Shown in pieces: positions 39,591-49,353 of a DNA stretch of 64,000 nucleotides (its first letter is position 1; every line of letters starts with the position of its first letter). The notes under the pieces are model-generated. The model was not told where the DNA came from. It made no database searches and saw only the letters and a program-made list of their open reading frames with translations. The position numbers and the translations under genes were made by a program. Source of the DNA: an uncultured delta proteobacterium (lineage in GTDB: Bacteria; Desulfobacterota; Desulfobacteria; Desulfobacterales; QNYZ01); assembly GCA_963845145.1 (NCBI GenBank), contig CAWJQU010000005.1, forward strand, positions 1,024,001 to 1,088,000. The letters are read 5' to 3'.

Positions 39591-41621
39591 ATGCCATCTT
39601 TTCATAAACTTTTTCAACCCATCGTTATCAATCATCTGGACATAAAAAATCGTCTGGTTATGCCCGCGATGCTGACAAATTTCAGCGATCGTCGGGGATT
39701 TGTAAACGAAAGGCATCTGGCCTATTATCGGCGTCGTGCCCAGGGTGGTGCGGGATTGATCATCGTGGAGCCCTCCTTTGTTCACCCGCGTGGCCGTATC
39801 CGTACTGAACAGTTGTCTCTTTGTGACGAGGTTGCACTTCCCGGGCTACGGCTTCTGGCGAAAGTCATACAGAATCACGGGTCTCTGGCCGCCATTCAAC
39901 TACACCATGGCGGACGCAATGCTCGCTCAGTGGTTACCGCCAGCCAACCCCTGGGAGCCTCGCCGATACCCACGCCCGGACTGGAAAAACCACGTGAAAT
40001 TACCCCGCAGGAGCTCAATGAGGTGATTGAAGCCTTTGCCCGAGCAGCCGATCTGGCCAAGCAGGCCGGTTTTGATGCCTTGGAGATCAGCGCCACCACC
40101 GGCGGTATCCTGGGACAATTTTTGTCACCGGCAGCCAATACACGAGGGGATGGATACGGGGGGTCGTATGAAAAACGGTTCTGTCCACTTTTGTCCGTTA
40201 TAATAGCGATCCAGGCCGAGGTGGGCAGTCGGTTTCCCCTTATCTGTCGGATCAACAGCCGGGAAGACCCCAGTATTGAGAACGGGCTGACTCTTGAGGA
40301 TGGCAAGTTAATCGCTGTCAGCCTTGAGCGGGCCGGCATTCATGCAATTCACGTCTATGTCGATTACGACGGCGCACCTCAACCACTCGATCAGCGACCT
40401 TTGAAAAATGCCGCACTGTTGCACTTGACCCATGAAATAAAAAAGGTAGTTCACATACCGGTCATCGCTGTAGGCCGAATTGACCCCCTGTCCGCGGAAA
40501 AGGCGTTAAGCGATAAAAAGGCGGATATGGTCGCCATGGGCAAGGCCTTGATCGCCGACCCTGACCTACCCAACAAAATCTTGGCAAGACATCCTTCAGC
40601 GGTTCGCCCGTGTATTGTATGCCTGCGATGCATCGACAACGTCCGCACGGATAAAATACTGGAGTGCACCGTTAATGCACGTGCTGGACACGAAGTTGAA
40701 CCCGCTGTCATTGACGCGACGGATACAAAAAGCGTGCTGGTCATTGGGGGCGGACCGGCCGGTATGGAGACGGCCCGCGTTGCCGCCCGTCGGGGTCATC
40801 GGGTAACCCTCTGTGAAAAATCATCCCGTTTGGGCGGCCTGATGCTGTTGGGTGCCATCCTGAACCCTGATCTGATAGAATTAAAAGACCACCTGATTCG
40901 GGAGTTACGAAACAGTCCGGCACGAGTAGAGCTCAATAGGGAGGTCGATTCCGATTTCATCAAAAAGCAAAATCCTGACGTCGTCGTTGTGGCCACAGGC
41001 GGCATCCCGGTCGAACATGCCTATTCAGAAAACGCCGGCGAGATTATGATGAATCTAAAAGACTTTCTTGGCATGATAAACGGGAAGACGCCTTCCGGCG
41101 TATCTCAGGCAAAAAGGATTTTATGGTACTTGGCCGCATGGATGTTTCGATATGCTTATCTTCCCCGCCTGTTAAGATGCTTGATGGCCGTAAATTTTCC
41201 GGTGGGAAAAAGGCTGGTGATTATTGGTGGACAATTTGCCGGCGGTGAACTTGGCATAGCCTATGCCCAAAAAGGCAAAGTGGTCGTCATCATGGAAGAA
41301 ACAGATGAACTCCTGAGCGACCTGGGCCCTACCATGAAAGCCATCTATCTGGCGAAATTAAAAAAACACCAAGTAGCCCTGCTGAAAGAAATTCGCATAT
41401 TGAATATATCAAAAGAGGGTGTGCACATCAATCTGGCGGGTTCCAAAAAGCTGATCGGTGCTGACAGCGTCGTGCTGGCCGGTGGCCTTAAAAAGAACCC
41501 GACAGTGATCCCTTATCTGCAAAATTACACCGGTCAGGTGCATCTGATAGGAGATTGCAGCCAACCGGCCCGGATTAAAGAGGCCATTGCCGCCGGCTAC
41601 CGGGTGGGGTCTGGGCTATAA
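39591..41621 (+). CDS. NADH:flavin oxidoreductase (OYE/DCR-type, 4Fe-4S plus FAD domain)
   Basis: KNRLVMPAM, IQLHHGGR, QFLSP..NTRGDGYGGS, CIVCLRC...C, IGGGPAGME. Confidence 0.9.
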   Translation: MPSFHKLFQPIVINHLDIKNRLVMPAMLTNFSDRRGFVNERHLAYYRRRAQGGAGLIIVEPSFVHPRGRIRTEQLSLCDEVALPGLRLLAKVIQNHGSLAAIQLHHGGRNARSVVTASQPLGASPIPTPGLEKPREITPQELNEVIEAFARAADLAKQAGFDALEISATTGGILGQFLSPAANTRGDGYGGSYEKRFCPLLSVIIAIQAEVGSRFPLICRINSREDPSIENGLTLEDGKLIAVSLERAGIHAIHVYVDYDGAPQPLDQRPLKNAALLHLTHEIKKVVHIPVIAVGRIDPLSAEKALSDKKADMVAMGKALIADPDLPNKILARHPSAVRPCIVCLRCIDNVRTDKILECTVNARAGHEVEPAVIDATDTKSVLVIGGGPAGMETARVAARRGHRVTLCEKSSRLGGLMLLGAILNPDLIELKDHLIRELRNSPARVELNREVDSDFIKKQNPDVVVVATGGIPVEHAYSENAGEIMMNLKDFLGMINGKTPSGVSQAKRILWYLAAWMFRYAYLPRLLRCLMAVNFPVGKRLVIIGGQFAGGELGIAYAQKGKVVVIMEETDELLSDLGPTMKAIYLAKLKKHQVALLKEIRILNISKEGVHINLAGSKKLIGADSVVLAGGLKKNPTVIPYLQNYTGQVHLIGDCSQPARIKEAIAAGYRVGSGL

Positions 41622-41670
41622 AAACGAATTATTTGCCAAACCAACTGAAAATAACTGCGCAGAGGTAGCT

Positions 41671-42132
41671 ATGAGCATTGAGGAAAAACTGGTCCATCTG
41701 GGACATCAATTAGAAGAACCCGTCACCCCCCTGGCCAACTATGTTCCAGCCCTGGTGGTACCGCCCTTTGTTTTCACCTCCGGGGCTACCTGCATGCTGG
41801 CTGGCAAACCCAAGTACTTCGGCAAGGTGGGGCAAGAATTAAGTATTGAACAAGGATATGAAGCTGCCCAAATAACCGTTTTGAACCTGCTTGCCAAGAT
41901 AAAAGCGGTCATCATGGATCTGGATAGGATAGACAGGCTGGTACGGTTGACCGGTTATATCAATTGCAATCCCGATTTTACAAAGCAGTCCCAGGTGATG
42001 GACGGCGCTTCGGATCTGCTTGTAGAACTGTTCGGTGAATCAGGCCGCCATGTGCGAACCGCCTTGGGGGTCTGCAGCCTGCCCCTGAACCTGCCCCTGG
42101 AGATCGAAATGGTTGCCCAAATCACGATCTAA
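41671..42132 (+). CDS. RidA/YjgF family protein
   Basis: ANYVP, DGASDLL..LFG..GRHVRTALGV..LP...PLEIE. Confidence 0.88.
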   Translation: MSIEEKLVHLGHQLEEPVTPLANYVPALVVPPFVFTSGATCMLAGKPKYFGKVGQELSIEQGYEAAQITVLNLLAKIKAVIMDLDRIDRLVRLTGYINCNPDFTKQSQVMDGASDLLVELFGESGRHVRTALGVCSLPLNLPLEIEMVAQITI

Positions 42133-42183
42133 AATTATTTTCAATACATCAGATACGACCTTCTCAGGCTAGAAATAACAATA

Positions 42184-43143
42184 ATGACACATGATCGTAT
42201 GGGGCCAATAAACAAGGATGTCTTTGCCGGGGCAGGAAGCGGGTATAATCCGCTCAAAGGATTCCTTTACGCTCTCGGTGGCGCTCTTCTTCTGAGCACC
42301 AATTATATAACCGTCAAATTCGGCCTCAAAGGATTCAACCCGGAAACCTTGAGCTTTATTTGGACCGCGGCCGCTGCGATTTATTCATTGATTATATCTC
42401 TTTTGTCTTCATCCAGCAGAAAACAGATCCGAGCGACTCCCGATTTTGGGCTAATGATTCTACTGGGAGTGACAACCGCGGTGGCTGTCATTTTTGGATG
42501 GCATGGACTCAAACGTTTAGATCCTTCATTTTCATCCTTTCTTTGGCGGTTCCTGCCAGCCATCACTATTGTGTCGGGACTTTTATTTTTCAAAGAAAGG
42601 CTGACCAGGTCCGAATTACTGGCGTTAGTCATCATGTTTACCGGCGGCTTCTGGAGTACCGCTGGCAGATGGAATACAATCGGGCATGGGGTTATCTTCA
42701 CCGTCTGTTCGGTGAGCGCCGTGGCCATGCAGTTGATTATCGTTAAAACCAGAGTGCACCACATCCATCCCAATGTGATGGTCGTTTATCGAACGACGGT
42801 CGGTGCGGTGCTGATTGGCTTATGGTTGTGGGTAAGTGGTACGGCAAATTTTGAGGTTGATCTGGGTTATTGGATTATTGTGCCTACTCGGCGCCTTTTT
42901 GGGTCCATGTGCAGGATACCTGATGACCTTTTACTCCTACCGGTACTGGTCACTCTCGCAATCCAGTATCGTCCTAACGATACAGCCCTTTGGGTGCTCC
43001 CGATGGCGTATGGTTTTCTGGGCAGTCTGCCCTTGAAAAGTGAAATCATCGGTCGCACAATCATCCTCTCCGGTGCCTTGTTGTTCGCTTATTCCGAGGT
43101 ATCCAAGTCGAAAAGGCATTCAAATATAAACATTGTGACATAA
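42184..43143 (+). CDS. EamA/DMT transporter with two compensating frameshifts (~42885, ~42985)
   Basis: About ten TM segments, FFKERL; the in-family segment LLGAFLGP...SQSSIVLTIQP lies in alternative ORF 42836..43036. Confidence 0.78.
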   Translation: MTHDRMGPINKDVFAGAGSGYNPLKGFLYALGGALLLSTNYITVKFGLKGFNPETLSFIWTAAAAIYSLIISLLSSSSRKQIRATPDFGLMILLGVTTAVAVIFGWHGLKRLDPSFSSFLWRFLPAITIVSGLLFFKERLTRSELLALVIMFTGGFWSTAGRWNTIGHGVIFTVCSVSAVAMQLIIVKTRVHHIHPNVMVVYRTTVGAVLIGLWLWVSGTANFEVDLGYWIIVPTRRLFGSMCRIPDDLLLLPVLVTLAIQYRPNDTALWVLPMAYGFLGSLPLKSEIIGRTIILSGALLFAYSEVSKSKRHSNINIVT

Positions 43144-43823
43144 GGGGGTGTTATAAGTCCCTTGTTGGCCAATATCTTTCTTCACCATGCGTTTGATGAA
43201 TGGATGAGGGTAAATCATCCTGGTGTTTTATTTGCCAGATATGCGGATGACATTATTGTCCACTGTCGTACGGAAGCTCAAGCACAGTGTATGCTGAGAG
43301 TCATAGAAAGACGGCTGGCGCGATGCAAGCTAAAACTGCATCCTGAGAAGACGAAGATTGTCTATTGCAAAGACTAAAACGCCCCGGAAATTACAAGCAC
43401 GAGAGCTTTGATTTTCTTGGATATTGCTTTCGGCCGCGTGGTTGTAAAGGGCGTAGCCATTTCTGGGGCTTTACACCAGCGGTAAGCAAATCAGCGATCA
43501 AAGCGATGAGTGCCACCATAAGGGGCTGGAAATTGCATTTGTGGAGTTCGTCCTCAATAGAGGATATAGCCAAGCGGATCAACTCCGTGATTAGGGGTTG
43601 GTTGAATTATTATGGCAGATATTACAAATCAGCGCTGCATCCCATACTATGTCAGCTTCAAAATGCCTTGGTTCGTTGGGCAATGCGGAAATACAAAAGG
43701 CTGAAAGGTCAGTGGCTAAAGGCGACCCACTGGTTAGGTCGCATAGCACGCCGCGAACCAAGATTGTTCTCGTCTTTGGGAATTTGGCTTTCGGCCGTCG
43801 GCTGGACAGTAGGAGCCGTATGA
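43144..43823 (+). pseudogene. ltrA: Partial group II intron RT/maturase (domains 4-7 and X)
   Basis: GGVISPLLANIFLH, RYADD, LHPEKT, FDFLGY, RGWLNYY; frameshift at ~43375; N-terminal half missing. Confidence 0.88.
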
Positions 43824-43845
43824 CGGGAGACTGTCACGTACGGTT

Positions 43846-45790
43846 GTGTGTCCAGCTAAGGCTGGTATGTTCAGCAGGAGTCAGTCCTGCCAGGGTAAGA
43901 ATCAGAAGCCCTGTAGCTTGGATGGCAGGTAGGAGGGAAACCGAATATCTGAAGCCCATCGACAAAGCAATCCTTAAGGGATGTGAGCGAGTCACCGGGC
44001 CGTAACGAAAGTGAACGCACAGGTGGCCCCGAAAGTGAGAATCCCCGGAGGCCGAGCCCGCATCCGTAGGGCGAAGGCAGCATGATTAGCCGAAAACTGA
44101 TTGATACGGCTAATTCACTCCGGCGGGGTGGTAGCGACAGCACGGTGGCAAGGACATACCGAGCAACTGGAGAAGCCCTCCTCGTCCCAGGGAGAAATCT
44201 CTGGAGCAAGGTAGATTCTATAACCGTGAACAGCGGGAAGTGAATCGAAAGGCGAGAGGGTGGCGGATGGGTCCGTATTAGCGATGAACCGGGGTAACGC
44301 CCGGGGAGCAAAGGGACCCTGCTGTTAACAATCTTCCGACAACACTGGGAGGCAGGGACGAGATGATAAAGGCGTCCATTAGTCTGCAGGACCTGAGAAG
44401 GAAGATATACCTGAAGGCGAAGTCTGATAAGACATGGCGGTTTTGGGGACTGTATGTTCATGTCTGTAAGATGGAAACACTTCAATGGGCCTATCGCGAT
44501 GCCAAGAAAAATAACGGAGCACCGGGAATAGATGGTGTAACGTTTGATGACATCGAAAAGGCAGGAGTGGAAGCTTTTCTTGAGCAGATACAAAATGAAC
44601 TGGTCTCCGGGACATATCGACCCATGCGAAATCGAATCAAAGAGATTCCCAAGGACAATGACAAGGTCAGAGTCTTAGGAATTCCTGCGATACGAGATCG
44701 CGTGGTTCAAGGGGCACTCAAGCTCATCTTAGAGCCGATATTTGAAGCCGACTTTCAAGAAGGATCATATGGATATCGCCCCAAGCGAACCGCTCATGCT
44801 GCGGTAGATCGTGTGGCTGAGGCAGTCGTGAAGAACAAGACCCGTGTCATTGATTTAGACCTTAAGGCCTATTTTGACAACGTTCGGCATGACATTCTGT
44901 TGAAGAAAGTGGCCGAACGAGTCAACGATGACGAGGTGATGCGATTGCTGAAGCTGATTTTGAAAGCCGGTGGCAAGCGAGGCGTTCCTCAAGGTGGGGT
45001 GATTTCACCGTTGCTCAGTAATATCTATCTCAATGAGGTGGATAAAATGCTGGAGCGGGCAAAGGAGGTTACCCGCCACGGCAGATACACCTATATTGAA
45101 TATGCCCGATTTGCGGATGATCTGGTGGTCCTGGTAGATGGCTTTCGGAAAATGGGAGTGGCTTTTAAAGGCGGCTTATAAACGGCTTGTTGAAGAGTTT
45201 GAGAAGCTTGATGTTCAGATGAATCAGGAGAAGACCCGAATAGTGGATCTTACCCGGGATGAGACCTTCAGCTTTCTGGGATTTGACTATCGGCGGGTTA
45301 AAACACGCCGTGGTGTATGGGGAGTAAGAGTCACACCGCGGATGAAGGCACGGACAGCCTTGCTGCGAGAAACTCAAGGACGTGTTCCGTCGTCATCAAT
45401 CCCAACCCGTGGATCGGGTTATATATCTGATCAACCCGATTCTCAGGGGATGGGTCAACTATTTTCGGGTTGGCAACTCCAGCGAGTGCTTTGGTTATAT
45501 CAAAGACTGGGTGGAGAAAAAGATCAGACGACATCTGATGCATGCAAGAAAACGCCGTGGCTTCGGCTGGAACAGGTGGAGTAGGGCCTGGTTTTACGAA
45601 ACTCTGGGATTGTTTAATGATTACGGAGTTCGATATTACAGGGCCTGAAAGCGCTGCCAGTTTGATAGGTCTCATAAACCTTTAGATGAAGTTAACAGAG
45701 AAAGCGTAGTGCGGGAAATCCGCACGCTGCGTTTGACGAGGCGGGGGCTGGAAACGGGCTTTTGAGTACCGCGCCAGTCTTCGACCCTAC
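43846..45790 (+). mobile_element. Inner full-length group II intron (1945 bp)
   Basis: 5' GTGTG (GUGYG), structured 5' region, D5 aagcgtagtgcgggaaatccgcacgctgcgttt (45702-45734), D6 ending cgaccctac (AC). Confidence 0.9.
44363..45648 (+). CDS. ltrA: Group II intron RT/maturase without endonuclease domain, two +1 frameshifts (~45150, ~45370)
   Basis: GAPGIDG, LGIPAIRDRVVQ, SYGYRP, DLKAYFD, PQGGVISPLL, RFADD, FLGF, GWVNYF. Confidence 0.9.
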
Positions 45791-45940
45791 CTTTGAGAGC
45801 CTGGGGGTGAGATTCCCCTGCGCTACTTACTCAGTGTTGTAAATATCAAGGCCCTTAAAAAGATCCAATGCGCGAAAATAATCACAACGAGCCAAATCTT
45901 GCAGGAAGGATAGATTTCGTGGCAGGATAAGGATATCCAG

Positions 45941-45990
45941 AACGTATCGGTAAAAATTCCAATTAATTTGGTAACAGGTTTTATCTCAAT
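45941..45990 (+). repeat. 50-bp direct repeat, copy 2
   Basis: aacgtatcggtaaaaattccaattaatttggtaacaggttttatctcaat; one mismatch with 28316-28365. Confidence 0.9.
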
Positions 45991-46105
45991 ACATCACCAT
46001 CTGCAGAAGTCCTCAATTTTGTTTGATAAAATTCGTTTTTTTAGAATATAAACGAATTATTCCTATTCTGAACCTCCCCATCTTAACCTCAACAGGGGTG
46101 TCGTT

Positions 46106-48011
46106 ATGGCCGAGAACAGCGTGAAGCGGAAGCTCAGAGCCATCCTGGCTGCCGACGTAAAGGGTTACAGCCGCATGATGGGCAAGGACGAAGTCGGCAC
46201 CTATCAAACACTCACCTCCAATCTGGAGTTAATCCGTTCCATTATATCAGAACACGATGGCCGGGTGTTTTCATCCCCTGGTGATGCTGTCATGGCTGAG
46301 TTTTCCAGCGTGGTAGATGCAGTTCAATGCGCTGTTGAATTACAGGATAAAGTTGAAGCGATAAACGCTGATATGCCAGAAGATCGCAAGATGCAGTTTC
46401 GCATCGGTGTGAACCTGGGTGACGTTATTCAAGATGGCGAACAGGTATACGGAGACGGGGTCAATATCGCCGCACGTATTGAAACCTTGGCTCAACCGGG
46501 CAAGGTTGCGATTTCAAAGAATGTTTACAGATGAACATTCGTAACAAGCTCAAATTCGGCTATGAATATCAAGGTGAACATCAGGTCAAGAATATAACGG
46601 AACCTGTCAGGGTATACAAGGTTCTGACGACACCGGAACTTACCGGTCAGTTGATTGGAGAACCAAAAGCACCAAAGCGCCTATCGAAACAGTCTTACAT
46701 TTCACTCCTTATTCGTTTTGAGTTCTGGCTGTAGCAGCTGCCTTATGGCAGTTTTACCTCCGTGCCCCTGAGATAGAGGCAGCCTTGGTAGAAAATATGG
46801 CCTATCCTCTTCCCAATAAGCCGTCTGTTGCTGTGTTACCTTTCGTGAACCTCAATAAAAATCCCACGCAGGACTTCATAGCTGACGGGATTACAGAGAA
46901 CATAACTTCCGCCCTATCTCAAAATTCAGAAATGTTCATCATCTCAAGTAGTTCGATGTTTATTTACAAGGGAACCAATGCAAAGTTGAGGGAAGTAAGT
47001 GAAGATTTGGGGGTTAGGTACATACTTAAAGGCAGTATTCAACGATCTAAAGAACGAATCCGGGTGAATGCTCAGTTGATCGATGCCATCAAAGGGTATC
47101 ATCTTTGGTCTGAAAGTTATGATCGAAGCATGATCGATTACTTCGCTGTCCAGGACGAAATTACACAACAAATTGCCTTAGCACTACAGGTGGAGTTGAC
47201 TCACGGGGAAAGAACTCGAAGCTATATGCGCACTCATAGCTTGGAGGCCTGGGAGAAGCTTATCAAAGGAAATAAATTTTTCGTCCGCTATACAAAGGAA
47301 GGTAATACACGAGCCAGGAAGCTATTTAAGCAAGCTACGGATCTTGATCCACATTATGCATTTGCGTGGTCATTACTCGCGTGGACTCATATTATTGATG
47401 CCTTGTTTAACTTCGGGAATTCTCAAACCGATTCTCTTAATAAGGCTTTAAAATTTACATATAAAGCCTCATCTATAGATGATACAATACCCGGCCCTCA
47501 TTCTTCCTTTGGTTTTATTAACCTCATGCAGAGAAATTACGAAAAAGGTATATCTGAAGTAAATAAAGCTCTTTCATTAGCGCCGAATGACGCAACAAAT
47601 CATATGATAGCGGCACTAATAATTTGCTATTCAGGAGAGTTTAAACAGGCACTTTCCTATGCGAAAAAAGCAATGCGACTCAGCCCCCACATCCCCTCAT
47701 GGTATTTTGCCATTTTGGGTCTAACATATTACATGGCAGAGCAATATGAAGATTCACTTTCAGCATATAAACAGCTTCTTAAACAGAGTCAATTCGGTGA
47801 GATTGCGCCTATTTGGGCTCATATAGGTTTGGCCAGCGTATACATACAGCTTAACCGGAAAAAAGAAGCACGTGTTCATGCGATCGCATTATTTAATTTA
47901 GACCCCACTTTTTCGCTAAACTGGGTACGAAACTTCATGCTTTTTAAAAATCCCTCTGATTTGGACCTAATTCTTAACGCTTTAAGAAAGGCGGGAGTAA
48001 ATCGAGGGTAG
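46106..48011 (+). CDS. Class III adenylate/guanylate cyclase with TM, TolB-like and TPR domains, frameshifted into three ORFs
   Basis: AADVKGYS, GDAV, FRIGVNLGDV, GDGVNIAAR; KNITEPV; PSVAVLPFVN; TPR helices; shifts at ~46530 and ~46710. Confidence 0.82.
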
Positions 48012-48031
48012 GAAATTTATGAGATGAACAT

Positions 48032-49339
48032 ATGCTGATCAAAATGTGTAAGCTGATCATAAAAATTTTCTTTCGAGATATTACAGTCAAGGAAATCGAT
48101 AATTTGCCGGAATCTGGGCCTGTAATATTTACACCTAACCATCCGAATGCTCTGCTCGATCCGATGTTGCTTTTCTTTTTTCCACCTGAGCATAAAATTT
48201 GCTTTGTGGCAAAAGCCCCCCTGTTTAAAATCCCCCTGCTTGGCTGGATAATGAAAAAAATGCAAGCTATTCCAGTTGTACGCCGATTCGAAGCTAATGG
48301 TGATGTTGATTATAAGGCTTTTTTTGCTTCATGCATAGATTCTCTGGCTGCAGGTAACTCAATTGCCATATTTCCGGAAGGTGTCTCCCTTCCTCAACCT
48401 CATATGGCCGCTTTGAAGACGGGAGCTGCAAGATTATTCTTTATGGCCAGGGATAAAAATATCGATGTAAGCATTGTACCCGTTGGGCTGAACTATGAGC
48501 ATGGATCAATATTTAGAACATCTGTGGTAATATGGGTGTCGCCTCCATTGGATACTACAGATCTGATAGAAAAATACAAAGTATCACCCCAAAACGCTGT
48601 GTTCGAATTGACCAAAAAAATAAAAGACAATCTTGACGACCATGTTTTACAATCAGAAAATTTCCGGGATCGGGAACTGATGCTTCTTTTAGAGAGAATT
48701 TATACTGAAGAAAAAAACAATGACTCCTGGCTGGTGAAGTTCGAACGGCTAAAACAATTCGAAGCAGGCCTAAATGTCATCAAAGATTCGCATCCTTTTG
48801 AAATCGAAAGGTTGCGTCAAATGTTGTCTAAATATAAAAAATTATCATATTCATTAGAGGGGATGTATAATTCTTCTATGGGAAATACCGAAAGCTCAAT
48901 AATAATAAATCTTCTGTCCATTATTGGCTTCCCTTTTTTGTTTTTGGGTTGGTTGCTCAACCTTATACCCTACCAATTATGCAATTTCATTGTAAAGCAC
49001 GTAAAAAAATATGACGAATCTGAAGCAGCTACTTATAAAGTAGTATATTCGCTGTTGCTGTTTCCATCCACTTACCTATTGGAGGCTGTGCTCATCCACT
49101 TTTGGCTGGGATGGACCGTTACGATCACATTTGTAATTTTGATCATTCCCCTAAGTTACTTTACACTAATTTCTATTGAAAGACTTCATAGTAACGTTTT
49201 AGGAATACCAAAAATCAAAGCTATTTTATCGGATCGTATGTCCAAGCAAGTCGAATCACTTCATTCAAGTATTAGAGAATTGGTAGATTATTTGGCGAAG
49301 CAGGATGATAAGCAACCAGAAGTATCCAATCAAATATAA
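48032..49339 (+). CDS. Lysophospholipid/glycerol acyltransferase family protein
   Basis: NHPNALLD (HxxxxD), IFPEG, C-terminal TM helices. Confidence 0.85.
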   Translation: MLIKMCKLIIKIFFRDITVKEIDNLPESGPVIFTPNHPNALLDPMLLFFFPPEHKICFVAKAPLFKIPLLGWIMKKMQAIPVVRRFEANGDVDYKAFFASCIDSLAAGNSIAIFPEGVSLPQPHMAALKTGAARLFFMARDKNIDVSIVPVGLNYEHGSIFRTSVVIWVSPPLDTTDLIEKYKVSPQNAVFELTKKIKDNLDDHVLQSENFRDRELMLLLERIYTEEKNNDSWLVKFERLKQFEAGLNVIKDSHPFEIERLRQMLSKYKKLSYSLEGMYNSSMGNTESSIIINLLSIIGFPFLFLGWLLNLIPYQLCNFIVKHVKKYDESEAATYKVVYSLLLFPSTYLLEAVLIHFWLGWTVTITFVILIIPLSYFTLISIERLHSNVLGIPKIKAILSDRMSKQVESLHSSIRELVDYLAKQDDKQPEVSNQI

Positions 49340-49353
49340 CAGTGGTGCTCTTA

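Larger units (their letters stand above)
43144..45831 (+). mobile_element. Outer, 5'-truncated group II intron (RmInt1-like, probably class D), split in domain V by a second intron
   Basis: RT remnant followed by D5 gagccgtatgacgggagactgtcacgtacggtt (43813-43845), completed by c plus D6 tttgagagcctgggggtgagattcccctgcgctacttac (45791-45830). Confidence 0.85.

Noticed and set aside
44222..44227. AACCGT as EBS1 (perfect complement of the 5' flank ACGGTT)
   Set aside because: By position it appears to fall in domain II, after the end of domain I; the loop at 44093-44106 is the better candidate. Needs a proper fold to settle.
43144..45831. RT genes as a DGR, retron or CRISPR-associated RT
   Set aside because: Both RTs have maturase X domains and are followed by D5/D6 structures; no template/variable repeat pair, msr-msd or cas gene is visible.
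46525..46540. TGA as a selenocysteine or read-through codon in the cyclase
   Set aside because: The family sequence continues in a different frame, so this is a frameshift.
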